From Octopus sinensis (taxonomy: Eukaryota), in assembly GCF_006345805.1 (NCBI RefSeq), contig NC_043000.1, positions 141,670,001 to 141,734,000 of the forward strand: a DNA stretch of 64,000 bases, in the 5' to 3' direction. Below are positions 23,950 to 37,231 of this stretch, in pieces (position 1 is the first letter of the stretch; each line of letters starts with the position of its first letter). A program made the position numbers and the translations under genes. The notes beneath the pieces are model-generated. The model was not told the DNA's origin and searched no databases. It saw only the letters and a list, made by a program, of their open reading frames with translations.

Positions 23950-25190
23950 TACACCACACTTTCTCAGTTCAAACTCCATTCTGATATCAGCACTGAGGTT
24001 ATACACCATATCATCGAGGGAAATGACTTGGGTTTCATCTTTACTAATTTTTGTTGATTTCTTTCACTTCTCTAACTGAAATGATTAGTTCTGCCTGTCT
24101 AAGACAGACCATTGCTTGTTTCAGTTCTTGCAACCATTCACCATTCTTCTAGTGCTCTTTGTCTTTGCTCCAGATGTTACTCCAGATGTTACTCCAGATG
24201 TTATCTGGTATCAACTTTTCATTTGTACACTGTCCATTTATTTCTTTATTGTATCTCTTCTGATCTACTTTGAATAACCTCTTCTGGTGGTAACCCTTCA
24301 TTCTCTGGTTGTATCTTACTATCTTTGCTTTCTTTGCAACGAGGCGCTGTTTCAGTTCCTCCATCACCGCTTTCAGGCCCTCTCTTTCAATATTATCGAT
24401 ATTATACTTCCTCTTCAGCGCCCTGTATTTTTGTTCGCTTTTAATTCTACCTGTATTTTTCTTTTCCACCATGGGTCTTTTCTTTTTTCACTCCCTTTAT
24501 ATTTTTTTTCTTGACATCAACACCCACGTTTTCTGCTACAACAATACTTGCTGCCTTGATCAAATTATTTGTTTCTGTGATGCTGTTTGTTCTGACGTAT
24601 TTCAGAATTTCATTGACATTTTTCGTTTCTTGGTTCAATTTCCATCGATCAACATTTTTAAGGTTGCAAATAATGTCGATATCGTTCTCCCGTAGTCTTA
24701 CCTTTATTCTGCTGTAGATTGCCTTTTGTTAATCTGTCATGTCACCATTAGTTTTATTGTCTTCTTTTAGATCATCTATGTGTCTCTCATGAAGTAAACT
24801 ACCACTGCTCATTTCCTGTGTTATGAGATTACTCTTATCAGTAAGTACTGTATTTTCTTCGTATCTTCTGCTTCTATTGTCCAAGTCCCGTCTTTTGATA
24901 GCTTCGAGCTCACTTCTATGAACCAACGATTTTTTCTTATTGCTCTAGCTTGATCACGTAATCTCTGTTCCGTGAGTTGAAACAAACATTTTTCTCTCTA
25001 AGGATCATACATACGTTGTCGGTAACCCCTAATTTGTGCACCATTTTCATCTACCGGGCTGCTCATGTAGTAACACTCTATGACCACAGAATCTCCGAGC
25101 CTGCCGGTTGGAACACTGCCACCACCATTCGCTTCAGTTTCATTACCACCGTTATGACAAATATTTTGTTCTTTCATTGGCATTCATGTG
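23950..25190 (-). mobile_element. R4/Dong-clade LINE, N-terminal ORF region, frameshifted
   Basis: Fragments VIECYY..P.DENG..IRGYRQRM, ELEAIKRR, ITETNNLIKAASIVVAE, LKRKY..EELKQRLVAKKAKIVRY..LFKVDQKR, WSNIWS. Confidence 0.8.
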
Positions 25191-25699
25191 AGGTAGCGAT
25201 TATCAGTTTGCGCATTTATCACTGTTGTGTTATTATTGTGACACCATCACTAGATGTATCATTAATCAGTCCATGGGAGGCTCCAACCGTTTCCTTTCAT
25301 TATCATTATTATCATCATCATCACTGTATCGCTGATATTGTTTTTATGTGTAATAGCAGCTGCGGTGGCAGCAACAGCAACAGTAGCAGGGGTGAGAGTA
25401 GTGGTAAGGGTGGTAGTTGGGCCTCAGATTCCTGTGCTATTATAATAGTAGTATCTGTAGTATTAGCAGCTGCATCATATTATCATTATTGGTCTCTTGA
25501 TTAACTGCGCCCCACACATAATAATCAAGGAGATTGCAGTCTGGGGAGTTAGGTGGACAGATGTTTGGGTTGGTGTGGTTTCAGAAATTGTCTGTCAGCC
25601 ATGACTAATACAGTTCTATATTTAAGAGATGAGGAATTATGTACATTATTTGCATTATTTACAATTGGCGGATATTTGTCCTCATCATGTTTGCTGTTA

Positions 25700-25741
25700 A
25701 CACAACGTTTCCGATAATATACCCTCCAGCCTTCATCAGGT
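25700..25741 (-). ncRNA. Minimal hammerhead motif (left member of an inverted pair)
   Basis: Reverse complement: AC-CTGATGA-a-GGCTGG(agggtata)TTATCG-GAAA-CG-TT-GTGT. Stem II is partly degenerate. Confidence 0.6.
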
Positions 25742-25757
25742 TCGAAATTTTGCCAGG

Positions 25758-25801
25758 ACACCTGATGAAGGCTGAAGGATATATCAGCCGAAACGTTGTG
25801 T
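25758..25801 (+). ncRNA. Minimal type I hammerhead ribozyme (right member of an inverted pair)
   Basis: ACAC-CTGATGA-a-GGCTGA(aggatata)TCAGCC-GAAA-CG-TT-GTGT, with perfect stems I and II and palindromic AACGTT. Confidence 0.85.
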
Positions 25802-25806
25802 GTGTG

Positions 25807-25898
<92 letters not shown>

Positions 25899-25911
25899 AT
25901 ATATATATATG

Positions 25912-26090
25912 TATATGTAAAAAAATACAAACTGAGACAAGAACGCAAAACATTAGTAGACGATACAAAAATCATGGACGGGACATTCGAAGCCTTCAAT
26001 CTTCAGTCAAGAACCGGATCATCCTCGCAATTTCAGCTGATTAATCTTGAGATTGTTCCGATCTGGCCAGCCCCAAAGGAAAATCTAAGC
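25912..26090 (-). mobile_element. Short copy, within (TA)n, of the family at 48339-49460
   Basis: Shares TATGTA.AAAAATACAA, GACAAGAACG, GGACATTCGAA, TCTTCAGTCAAGAACCGGATCATC, GCTGATTAATCTTGAGATT and GGCCAGCCC. Confidence 0.8.
25996..26056 (-). ncRNA. Candidate non-circularly permuted hammerhead (copy A)
   Basis: Reverse complement: aCAAT-C-TCAAGA-ttaa-TCAG-ct-GAA-ATTGc-linker-TCTTGA-CTGAAGA-TTGA. Confidence 0.5.
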
Positions 26091-26181
26091 CTACATATAC
26101 ACATACATATATGTAAATATATATACATACATATTTACATATATGTATACACACACACACACACACAAACATATATATATA

Positions 26182-26253
<72 letters not shown>

Positions 26254-27230
26254 GTATATATATACAACGTATGAACGTTCATCTTTTACTGACCAACCTG
26301 CACAAATAATTTGCTTATGCTTATAGTGATAGAATGCTCGTACCAGATATTATCTCACTCTATCCCTCAAATCGACGTCGCCCGAACAAGTGCGCCGTGT
26401 GCTACGCGGCAGGTGTGTGCTACGCGGCAGAAGTGATCGCAGAACAACATGAGGTAAATTGTTTTCCTGAAGAACAAAGCGCACCAGCCGATCTAGGAAT
26501 TGAAACCGCGATCCAGATATCATGAATGCAACTCTGTAAGCACCAAGCCATGCTTCGTCATATACACATATACATGTACACAGCTAGAAAGATAGATCAA
26601 TAGAGATAGTCATGCATGCGTGGATGTTTGTATGCCTCATACATTTCTTCTTGTATGTATAAGCACTTTATGTGTAGACTTATTTTCATAGATCGAAATA
26701 GTTTTATAATACTTATATGCATGCCTGCATGCATACATGCATATATACATACACAACTAAATGACACATACATACGTGCATGTGTGTACGTTTAAGTTCA
26801 TTATTTGCGCACGTGCGTATATTTTATAGAATTATATTATAGCTGTATCTTTAATTGGACATTTATATAAGCCATCCCTTAATTACCTTAATATAGCTGC
26901 GCTAGTTCACATGTGTTAGTTCTCAGCGAAAACATTTTGATAGTTTTGATTTAATTTATCCATATAAAAGAGATATCCTAGTTACTGTTGTATCATATCA
27001 ATTGGACAGCCCGCATCTAAATTGCAATTTCTAGTGTCTATGCTCTTACGTCCACCAATTTCGTTGTCACATCAATAAAAGTATAGTCTTACCGTTTTCT
27101 CTCCCTACGTGCCTTGAAATTCACACTAATTAGTTAGAAGAGCGATGCTCATAGAATTACGGTATTCTTGTCATTCCATGTCGCAATGTGAAATGCATAT
27201 CTGCATTGGTATGAGCAACTATCGCTGGAT

Positions 27231-27234
<4 letters not shown>

Positions 27235-27273
<39 letters not shown>

Positions 27274-27303
27274 ATATCATCATCATCATCATATCATAAT
27301 CAT

Positions 27304-27345
<42 letters not shown>
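27235..27345. repeat. (CAT)n microsatellite
   Basis: Seen directly. Confidence 0.95.
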
Positions 27346-27346
<1 letters not shown>

Positions 27347-27391
27347 TTTTTCTTTTTCTTCTTCTTCTTCTATTTCTTCTCTTTCATGCAC

Positions 27392-27846
27392 AAGAACCAG
27401 GACATGCACCACAGCCCCACATGTGCGCGACTTAGCGATCCCATATCAAGACAAATAGCACACGACCCCGCAGGCGGGGCCCAGCTAGAACTCTCTCCAG
27501 ATCGAGCAGCCCAACCTGCTCAAAAGGTCGCCGAACAAGGGCTGCTCAAGGATGTTGAACAAAACACCCATGCTTCTAAAGGCGAACCGTGCAAACCCCA
27601 AATAACTCCTCTCAACACATAGCTACGACACCTCCACCACCTCCGTCCCTGATCAGAGATGCACATATCGTCAGCCACCAAAGGACAGGCTCAACTGGTC
27701 ATGGTCAAGCAAGTGACAAGCAAATCTGTGGTATTGAGCAGAACACCCGTGGTAGCCCGTCCTTTACACCAAGAGAAAACAATGCACATGATAACACCTC
27801 CAACCAGCTAAGATCAGAAGCCATGAGAGCCACCGTTGGGTACTGT
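27392..27846. mobile_element. Diverged copy of the ~550-bp (ATT)n-associated non-coding repeat
   Basis: Colinear with 39589-40170 (ATGTGCGCGAC, GATCAGAGATGCACATATCGTCAGCCAC, GACAAGCAAATCTGTGGTATTGAGCAGAA, AAGATCAGAAGCCATGAGAGCCAC). Confidence 0.85.
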
Positions 27847-27989
27847 TTATTGTTATCAGTATTACCACCATTACTATTATTACACCATTACCATTTTCAT
27901 TAACTTCTTTCTGTTCTGTTACCATTTCGGGCGAGTGTCTTCCTGATACCTACTGCATACATTATTAGGCCATTAAAACAAACACACAA

Positions 27990-30480
27990 GATGGTTCATT
28001 TACAGAATTATGTGATAGAGGAAAAGGGGAAGAGAGAGAAAGGAAAAAATAAAAATAGAAATGTAAACAAATAAAATTAAAGGGGAAAAGGAAGGAAAAT
28101 TCACAGCGACAATGCTCTTCTCAATACGTGTGACGTACAACTTAAGACACTCTCTGCTTTTAGCCTTGAGCTCCCTTGCTACTGATAGATGTACATCAGT
28201 TTGTTTGCTACGGGTCACATATTTGCCATGCAGAGGTTTTTGTTCCCACCTATCAGCCAATTGTTCAAGTGCATTTTGTTTTGTCATTGATGTCACCTTC
28301 TTTGCAACTACAGTTGCTGCACTTCTCTCATGCTGTTCTACCTGGGTGTTATGCATAAACGAGTTTGAAAATTTTTTGCTCTCTTTCATAACAGAATGAG
28401 GCTTCTTACATCTTTCGTGGTTTTCAATGACCTTTAGAATCCAGTCGTTAGATATTTCAAGATATTTTGCCAGTCCAATTGCAGTAGTTTTATATTTTTC
28501 AAACTAGATCAAGCACGACATCCTTCAGCTTTGGGTAGGTAAAGACGATCTGCATCTACCTTTAGGTGGTGCATCATATTGCAAGTCAGCAGCTTACGGA
28601 TTTTCCTGTCAATCTTCCTTATTTCGTTCATATTCTAGTTCAACACAGAAACTGTAAATAACAACCGGAACTGCTAAAGAATCTATAGCTAACACCTTAT
28701 CACGTGCATTTAATTCGGATTTTACAACTGCTCGAACTCTCCTATAACACTCCTTCCTCATCATCTCTTTCATATTTACATGTTAAAAGCCAGAGCCCTC
28801 ATTTATTCCGAGGTATTTGTATGTTTGTCCCTGCTCGAGTTATTTTATGACTGTGTCAATATCCAACACAACTGAATGTGAGGTCTTCTGTTTCCCTTTC
28901 TCGAAAGTGGCTTTGGCACATTTATCAACACAAATAATTCCATCCCAATGTCATCACTGAGTGCTATAACAGTACGTAATAATCCTTCAAGCTCATTATC
29001 ACCTTTGCCGTAGAGTCTTCGGTCATCTGTATAAAATAGATTACTTATTTTCTTGTCGCCAATTTCATATCCATAACCTATTCTGTAAGGGGTATTAGGG
29101 CTATGCAGAAAATTAAAGGTGAAAGTTAGTCGCCATGGAAGATACGTTTTGTGGTCAGTACTTCATAACTGTGGTGTAATAGGAGCCTCATCGCCACCCT
29201 TTTTGTTTAATGGGGAAAATATTGTTCCGTTCATTTAAATTGTATGTTTTCTCCAGGAGGATGGATGTGAAAATTTTATACGTGGTAGACAGATATGTTA
29301 TGGGTCGATAGTTTTGGGGAAATTTGGTTTCATTATTCTTCGGGTTTTGGTAAACTTTGTGATTGCTATGCAATCAGGTGTTTTCGTAGGATCTCTCATA
29401 ATTCCATTGTCTAACTTGACTAACTTCCGTGTGCGCACAGGAACTTGGCGAGCCAGAAATGTGCACCCTATCATCACTAGATTTCCACTTATGAGCCTTC
29501 GTGAGTGTCATCACTAGGTCTGCTTCTGTGATGCCCCCCCATGCTTGTCCTTGAAAGATTTGGTAGGATCCTTCCGTGTGTCTAATCCAGTCTGCATTTT
29601 CATTGTAAATCTTTTCATTACTCCGTATATTTATCCAGAAGCTTTCAACTTCTTCAATGGCGGCGGGTCTCTTCATAGTTTATTTTCTCTTTCCCTATTT
29701 CACTGTAGAATGCTTTGGCATTCAATGTGAACTGCTTATTTTGCTTGTAAATTTTGTTTCTCTTGTCAAATCTTCGTATTCTTTGAGATTTTGCTGGGAC
29801 ATTTTGTTGCAGTGTTTCTTTATTGAAAGCAGTTCTTCTCTTCGTTAAAATCTGTTTTCTTTTCATCTTTCTTCCTTTTCTGGGTTTTATATTTTTTCCA
29901 CAACTTAGTTCATTCAATGTTGATATTTCACCTCTCATTATTTCAATCTCTTTTTCAATTTTACTTTTCCAGTTTGGATTTCTTCTCAGGTTTGAATCTT
30001 TTTTTTTTCAGAGGCATGCAATTGGTTTCAATTGTATTAGCAGCCGCGTAAATAATTTCATTTAATTCAATGAAATCTGGTTTTAGTTCTTTTCTAATTT
30101 CCTTTGTTACATAGTTTCACATTTTAATTTGTTTTTCTATTCTGGATTGTATTTGAGAGCTTATGAAGTGTTTATCTATCATGCATATTAGCGTGTCTTA
30201 CAATTGCAAACTTATTCAGGATTTTCTGCTTCGGTTCTATCAAAGACTCTATGTTCTTCAGTAAAAGTGTAGTCTTCAAATATTGTTTCTTTACTACTAT
30301 CCTCGCTATTTTTATCAGGTTCGTTACAATTTATTTCTCTAGACGTTTGCATGTTCTGGTCAGATGGCAGTCTTTCAATTGAAAGTCGTGGAGAGTTGCT
30401 CTCTTCGTCTGGTTTTTCATTTCCTTGCTTTCTTATTTTTTGGTCATTTTCCGATGAGCGCTTGATCGCAGTTATTTCTG
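27990..30480 (-). mobile_element. R4/Dong-clade LINE, degraded, including RT fragments
   Basis: ETLQQNVPAKSQRIRRFDKR..FTLNAKAFY, VESFWINI, PQNYRPITYLSTTYKIFTSIL..FPIKQKG, LSPLIFCIAL, NLFYTDD, DKCAKATF, WEQKPLHGKY. Confidence 0.85.
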
Positions 30481-30539
30481 AAGATATCCCACCTAACATT
30501 TGCTAACTTGTTTTCGTCCAAATATAGTCAGCTGTCTTG

Positions 30540-31310
30540 ATTTCCATGAACTTTTCAAAATTTTTAATCACTGTTCCCAGGCCTCTGAAAATTATTGGTA
30601 CTACTACCACCTTTTTCAGCTACCAAAACCGCTTAACCTCCAAGCTAACCTGTTATATCTATCGACTTTTCTTTCTTCCTTATCGCATACCTTGTTGTCA
30701 GCTGGGTATGCTATATCTATGATACAGTATCGTTCGGTTTCTTTCTCAATTAACACTATGTCTGGTATCCTATTCTCTATATCGTGGCCGTATTGAATCA
30801 TAAAATCCCAATGGATCTTTGCATTATCATTTTCGATGATGCCTTCGTGTTTATGTTCGTACCACATTTTGCTCTGTCAAGAATATATTTGTTGCAAAAT
30901 GTCCAATGGACAATCCTTGCTATATTGTCATGACGTCTCTTATATTCTTTCTGAGTTAGCGGTGTACAGGTAATATGCCGAATGGTTTCACCATTTTGAT
31001 TACAAATTCTGCACTTATCACTTTCTGACGCGTTCTCTATTCTGTATTTGATGTAGTTGGTTCTTAATGCTTGCTCTTGGGCAACATACATTGGAGCCTC
31101 CGTTTCCGGTTTTAAATCACATTTAATCATCCATAGCCGTCTTTTTTCTCTGACTGTCTTATGTTCAACATCCCTATGAAATTGTCCATGCATTCTTTTC
31201 TTTATACACCCATTTTCAGTTTCATTCATTCTCAAGTGCTTGTACAGTGCTTTATCTTTACAACCTTCCAACCAACACAAACCTGACCTTCTTACTGCTA
31301 GTAATTAATC
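30540..31310 (-). mobile_element. R4/Dong-clade LINE C-terminal fragment (zinc knuckle + restriction-like endonuclease)
   Basis: MHGQFHR..DLKPETEA..AQEQALRTNY, CRICNQNGETIRHI.C, EYKRRHDNIARIVHW, IHWDFMIQ..RIPDIVLIEK..IIDIAYP..KE..KV..Y. Confidence 0.9.
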
Positions 31311-31388
31311 CATTTCCAACAGCCCTAAGTAATTATTATTATTATTATTATTATTATTATTGTTATGATCGTTGTTGTTGTTATTATT

Positions 31389-31841
31389 GAATGAAAGAGT
31401 AGCGCATCAAAGTGACACGGGTAAAATATACGAAACCCATTTTACACATCATGATAAGGGTACACTAGGCTCATGCATCACAAGCATATGTGCGCGACAT
31501 AGTAATCTCATATCAAAATAAACAGCATATGGTTTGGCAGGTGGGGCCCATTTATAATTTTATTCAGGTTGAATAGCCCATCCTGCTCAAAAAATCCCTA
31601 AATAAGGTTTGCTTTAGAACGATGAACAAAACACTCATTACTTCTGCTCATGATCAGTCATTAAGGGACATGCTCAAATGTTTAAGGTCAAGCAACTGAC
31701 AAGCAAGTCTATGGTATGGAGCAGAATATTTGCTGTAACCTATCTTTTATACCAAGGCAAAACACTGTACATGATAACACTCCCAATCAGTTAAGATTAA
31801 AAGCCACGAGAGTCACAGCTTGGTACTGCATCAAGGCATTT
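31389..31841. mobile_element. ~550-bp (ATT)n-associated repeat, internally deleted copy
   Basis: Colinear with 31941-32477 and 39589-40170. Confidence 0.85.
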
Positions 31842-31940
31842 ACCCTCCTCCTCCTCCTCTTCATAATCATCATCATCATCATCATCGTCGTCGTCGTCGT
31901 CATCATCATCATCATCATCATCATCATTATTATTATTATT

Positions 31941-32477
31941 GAGTGAGCGAGCAGAGCATGCCATCAAAGTGACACTGGGGTAAAATATACGAAGCCCAGT
32001 ATACCCATCATGACTACCCGTCTGATAAGGGTACACCAGGCACATGCATCACAACCATATGTGCGCGACATGGTGATCTCATATCAAGATAAACAGCACA
32101 TGACCTTGCAGGTGGAGCCCAGTTAGAATTTTCTTCAGATCGAGTAACCCACCCCGCTCAAAAGGTCCCTGAATAAGGGTTGTTTAAGGACGTTGAACGA
32201 AACACCCATGTTTCCAGAGGTGAATTATTCAAACCCCAAAGAATCCTTCTCAACACATGGCTATGCTGCTCCCCCACTACTTCTGCTCGTGATCAGAGAT
32301 GCACATATCGTCAGCCACTAAGGGATATGCTCAACTGGTTAAGGTCAAACAACTGACAAGCAAATCTGTGGTATTGAGCAGAATATTTGCTATAGCCCAT
32401 CTTTTATACCGAGACAAAACAATGTACATGATAACACTTCCAATCAGTTAAGTGATAACACTTCCAATCAGTTAAGT
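31941..32477. mobile_element. ~550-bp (ATT)n-associated repeat, well-preserved copy
   Basis: Highly similar to 39589-40100, flanked by ATT repeats, with a terminal ~25-bp duplication (TGATAACACTTCCAATCAGTTAAG). Confidence 0.92.
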
Positions 32478-32508
32478 TATTATTATTATATTATTATTAT
32501 TATTATTA

Positions 32509-32566
<58 letters not shown>

Positions 32567-33299
32567 ATTAAGACAGCAAGCTGGTAGAATTATTAGCAAA
32601 CCGAGCAAAAAATGCTGAGTTGCATTTCATTCGTTTTCACATTCCGAGTTCAAACTCTGCCGAGATCGCTTTCATGCTTTCAGTGTCGTATTATTATTAT
32701 CATTATTATTGCTATTAAACGTGGAAACCATGTTCTAATCATCGCTGGTGAGTTCTCTCTAATGTTGTTTCTCTTTGCCGTTTTCGGCCGCCGAAATTGT
32801 GACTATTGTTTTGCGGATGTACCCAAGTGTGTTCTGGAAAAGATTCACTCAGTTTCAATCACGGAACGCGCTTTCCACCCGTTCCAAAATCTTTTTGAGA
32901 TATATATTTACTATTCAACTTTTTCTCAAAAGATGGAACAATTTTAAAGAGAGCAGTGGTTGTAGGAGAAAATGTATTAGTTTTCTTGTGCTCCAGAGTA
33001 GTCAACCATGCATGGAGATTGCTACTTCCAGTGACAGTAGTAAAAAACCTACGAACAATAACACCACCTCTAACGTTACCAACGACTACAACAGCAACGT
33101 CAACAGCAAAACATGACCCGTGACAGATACAGCAACTGTAACGGAAACAGCAACAACAGCTATCATAGTATAAAACGTCAACAGTAGTAACGTCTTCAAC
33201 AAACAAGACAACAGTAATGCTTTTTACGAAGACAGTAACGAGAAAACATACGCAAAGGAAAAAAAAATATTCTTTCTTTGCAAGTATTATAAATAAGTG

Positions 33300-35900
33300 A
33301 ATCACACATTCCTTGCAAGAGAAAGCATAGGTTATTAAAACATATCAGAAAGATATCATTCATAGATCTAGAATAGGAAATGAGTCGATAAACAAAATCA
33401 ATACTATGTAAGCCACAATACCCTTCCCCAGGTGAAATAGAAAAACGTCTGGAAGAAATATGGTCTTCCATTGTTTATATCTGCCGAGGTAGGCAATATG
33501 GAAATATGGTCGCTATCTGCAGTAAGGAAGGGAAAGAGCAAAGGATGGCAACAGTGACCTGCTCTTCAGACTCGTTCCTGATGCTCACTTTTATACATGG
33601 GACGTCGTACGACCAAGATGAGGGTCTCAAACATACCTCCTTATGGGGACCAGGCTAGAGCAATGACCATGTCAGAGGAGCACTGGTAGATAATAAATTT
33701 AACAACAAGCCCCCAACAAAATAAAACAAGATTGTCTATGGAGTTCCAAGTTCTGATATACCATGCAACACCAGACTCTCTCTGTTTCGGAGAGTGCAAG
33801 CAGATGCATGTGGTCATGGAGGGTAGAAAACTGAGATGTTATAGTTGTGGCAAAACTGATCACATAAAAGCTATCTGTCTTATTTTGAAGAAGTCGTGAA
33901 AGGTACCTCACGCTGCACCACTATTCCAAACGCCAAATTCATTGCAATCCCAAAGAGGAAAGCAGCGGCGTCTGCAATGACTAGCACAAAAACAGCAAAA
34001 TAGTCAACGAAAATCCTGCTGACTCCTCGGATAAAGAAGGGGTGTCGGGCGAGACAAAATACCCCGAGGGAGTGATCGTCGAGCGATCCTCCGCCAAAAG
34101 AAAGAAAAAGAGTGAGAGCGGGTGAAAATACACATGTAACACCTAAATCCAAGACGTTTGTGGGTACGCAACTGAACCTATAAACGTGGCACACAGCTCG
34201 AAAGGAAAGCAAATGACATGCTAGCGATAAGGATGGCGCATACCCCAGTTCTTCGACGTGAAATACGAGGGTTGTATTGTCCGAGCTAGTGTTGCGTGCT
34301 CTGAAACAACACGGCAACAATCTAGAATTCGGTGTGTGACGGACCATATCGGCCGTGTGCTCTCCGATTTGAAAGAAATTTACGCGACGTTTCAGCAGAA
34401 TTTTACCGACCTCTTTTCCAAGAGTGATATACTTGAGACAACGGGCTTTCAGGACTACGCGATGGAATGCTGCGCAATTCAGACAAGGAGATTGTGTGTT
34501 GCGACATGGCAGTTTCAGAGGAGGAAATTGCAGAAGTATTGAGCTGCTATTTGGGACGCAATGATCAGGATTTGATGGTCTCACCCATGAGCTATATATA
34601 CACGTGTCAGATTTGATTGCTCCAGTTTTGACAGCAGCGTAGAGCACCTGTCAACAAACTGAGAGCATTCCAAGTTGTATGAGCCGAGGAGTAGTAACCC
34701 TGCTGAGGAAGGACCCGAACAAGTGTGACGTGGTTGAAAACTACAGATTTGTAACTCACCTCAGCACTGACTTTAAGATTTTAGCTGGGGTACTCGCTAA
34801 GATACTGGCGCTTGTTGTCCGTATTGTGAGTGAGGGAATGCACAAATCTGTGAGATCTCCTGTAGGTTTATCCACAAAATCCTCAATCTCATACGATACA
34901 TCGTAGAGCAGATCTGGTTTTGGAGGGCAGTGGTCAATTTGGACCAGTTCAAGGCATTTAACAGGGGGTGGGGCATCGCTATCTGGTGGTTGTCTTAAAA
35001 ACTGTCGGCTTCGGTACCGTCATCAGAGGCTAAATCACCAAAATGTATAGTGGCATCTGCTCGGTCGTCAAATTAAGTAGCCACCCACCAGAACCCTTCA
35101 GTATTGAATGCTCACTTCAATACTGATGTCCCTTATCTCTGTTTTTATATGTTTTGGCATTAGGACATTTGCTGCGAAGACTGGAGAATTTGAGGTGCAT
35201 TCCGCTGAAATTAGGCCACAGGGGTGTCTGACTCTTCGGAAACGGAAATGTTTGAAGCTATACTGAAAAATGTCAGCTATGTACAAAAGTACATATGAAA
35301 CAGGCAAATCGGTGGATTTTGAAACTAGGCTTGTGGAGAGGCAAATCCATGTTGACTAGCGGCGATTTCTGTCTCTGGGCGGAGGGACAGTGAAAGTGCT
35401 CAGAGTCTGGTTCGGACTAGATCTCCAGGTACTAGATCTCCAGGTAGATAGGAACTGGGAAGCGGTCATTGTCAGGATGGCCAAGCTCAGCCAGAAATAG
35501 GCAGAGTGGATGTTGTCTCCAAACGGCCAGACGAAAGTAGCGAATGCATACATCGATTCGGTAGTGTAGTATCGCCTGGCCGTCGAAAACTAGAGCACTT
35601 GCTCTCTCGATTCTTATTAAAGGGTCAGGTCCCGCAGGTCAGGAAATCCATTTACTGCCAATATGCACTCCGTAGTGGTCTTGGGGTGCCATCCTTGATG
35701 ATGCGAAGCCACGTGTTGAGGCTGACGCACCTGTAGAAATATGTAAATCTGTTTGACGGTGTGAACGACGGCGACGAAAACAAGGATGAACTTGTGCGGG
35801 GGTCCTTCGTGTGAGATGAGATGACTTTCTGCAGCTCATCTCATTGATGGAGCTGTAGTCATGGGCCAAACTTAGACCAAGATTAGGTGCTTAATGTTGC
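33300..35900 (+). mobile_element. Degraded L1/Tx1-like LINE (ORF1 zinc knuckle, ORF2 RT fragments; endonuclease region missing)
   Basis: CYSCGKTDHIKAIC (CX2CX4HX4C) near 33838. Also GFDGLTHELY, SRGVVTLLRKDPNK..ENYRFVTHLSTDFKILA and NLDQFKAFNR. Confidence 0.8.
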
Positions 35901-36164
35901 CAGACGCTCACTGCATTGTACCAGGTAGACAAAAGACTTGGCGTGAAAACAACCCAATGTTTCTATACGGGGCTAGTTGATGGTATGAGCAACGATGGCC
36001 TAGGATTGATACTAGGCATCGACGAGAACAATCTCTGTGGTCTATTCGGGTAGATTTTTCTGTCCGAGGATCGCGATCCATTTCCAGAAGCCTTAAGCAT
36101 AGCGGTGCTATAGGGTTACAATGCTTGTTCGAGACAATCTCTCTAGGCAAGGAAGTACCAACAG

Positions 36165-36408
36165 AATAACAGATGCTGTAACACATAGCCGGTCACAAAA
36201 CGTTTTACATTGTTTTAGCCTTTAAATGACGCTATCCCACTGGCTAGGCGAACAGGCCAACATTCCTCCACTGATCGAAAGGGGGACTGGAGTAACAGGA
36301 AATGAAGTATTTTGCTCAAGAACACAACGCGCTGCCCTCTCAGGGAATGGAACCCATGATCTAGCGATCGTGAGTGTTAAAGCCTAACCACAAGGCCACG
36401 CGCCTTCT
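36165..36408 (-). mobile_element. tRNA-derived SINE (family A head, different tail)
   Basis: Reverse complement starts GAAGGCGCGTGGCCTTGTGGTTAGG..GGTTCCATTCCC..GCGTTGTGTTCTTGAGCAAAATACTTCATTTC. The tail is shared with 47441-47560. Confidence 0.8.
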
Positions 36409-36422
36409 GATACATATATATA

Positions 36423-36522
<100 letters not shown>

Positions 36523-36772
36523 TATATATATATTATTTATTTATTTCTCTAACTTATATTTTATATCCTTTGTTATATTCCTTAATGTTTTTGTGCCTCC
36601 CTGTAATTGATATAAGCCCCACTTGTTATGTGTTGTATCTCGTCCTTTGATAGTCCTTTATGTTTTGGGCTTTTGTGGCCAATAAGAGAAATCATCATCA
36701 TCATCATTATTGTTATCGTTGTTGTTGTTATTATTATTGTTCTTGTTGTTATTTCTGTTGTTGTTGTTTTCC

Positions 36773-36822
<50 letters not shown>

Positions 36823-37231
36823 ATCATACTAGGACTATCAGAGCGAATTATCAACTTCGTAATTTGCCAGGGTTTTCGCCCGCTAGGTTCGTGTAAATTC
36901 TCTACTGTTCCGGTTGGTTGGCTACATACAGACAAATTCGTGATACCTACAGGCAACTCAGAATACAACGAAAAAGAAGATCGAAGACATTGAAGACTGA
37001 ACACGTATTTCCCGAGGTTGAATAATCTCCGGGATGGGAATAAAGTATATAATAAACATCAAGGAAAACGATAGAATCTCTCTCAGACCAAACAAATATG
37101 CAATAGTAAAAAAAAAAGAAATTAAAGAAAAGACGAATCGATATATTAGAAAGCAAAGAATAAAGACATTTCTTACTACGTACTCCAAGTGAAAAAGGTC
37201 TTTGAGAATTTCTTCGACGAGAAACGCAGAA

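Noticed and set aside
33880-34647. 255-aa minus-strand ORF
   Set aside because: It is antisense to the L1/Tx1 remnant and has no independent coding signal.
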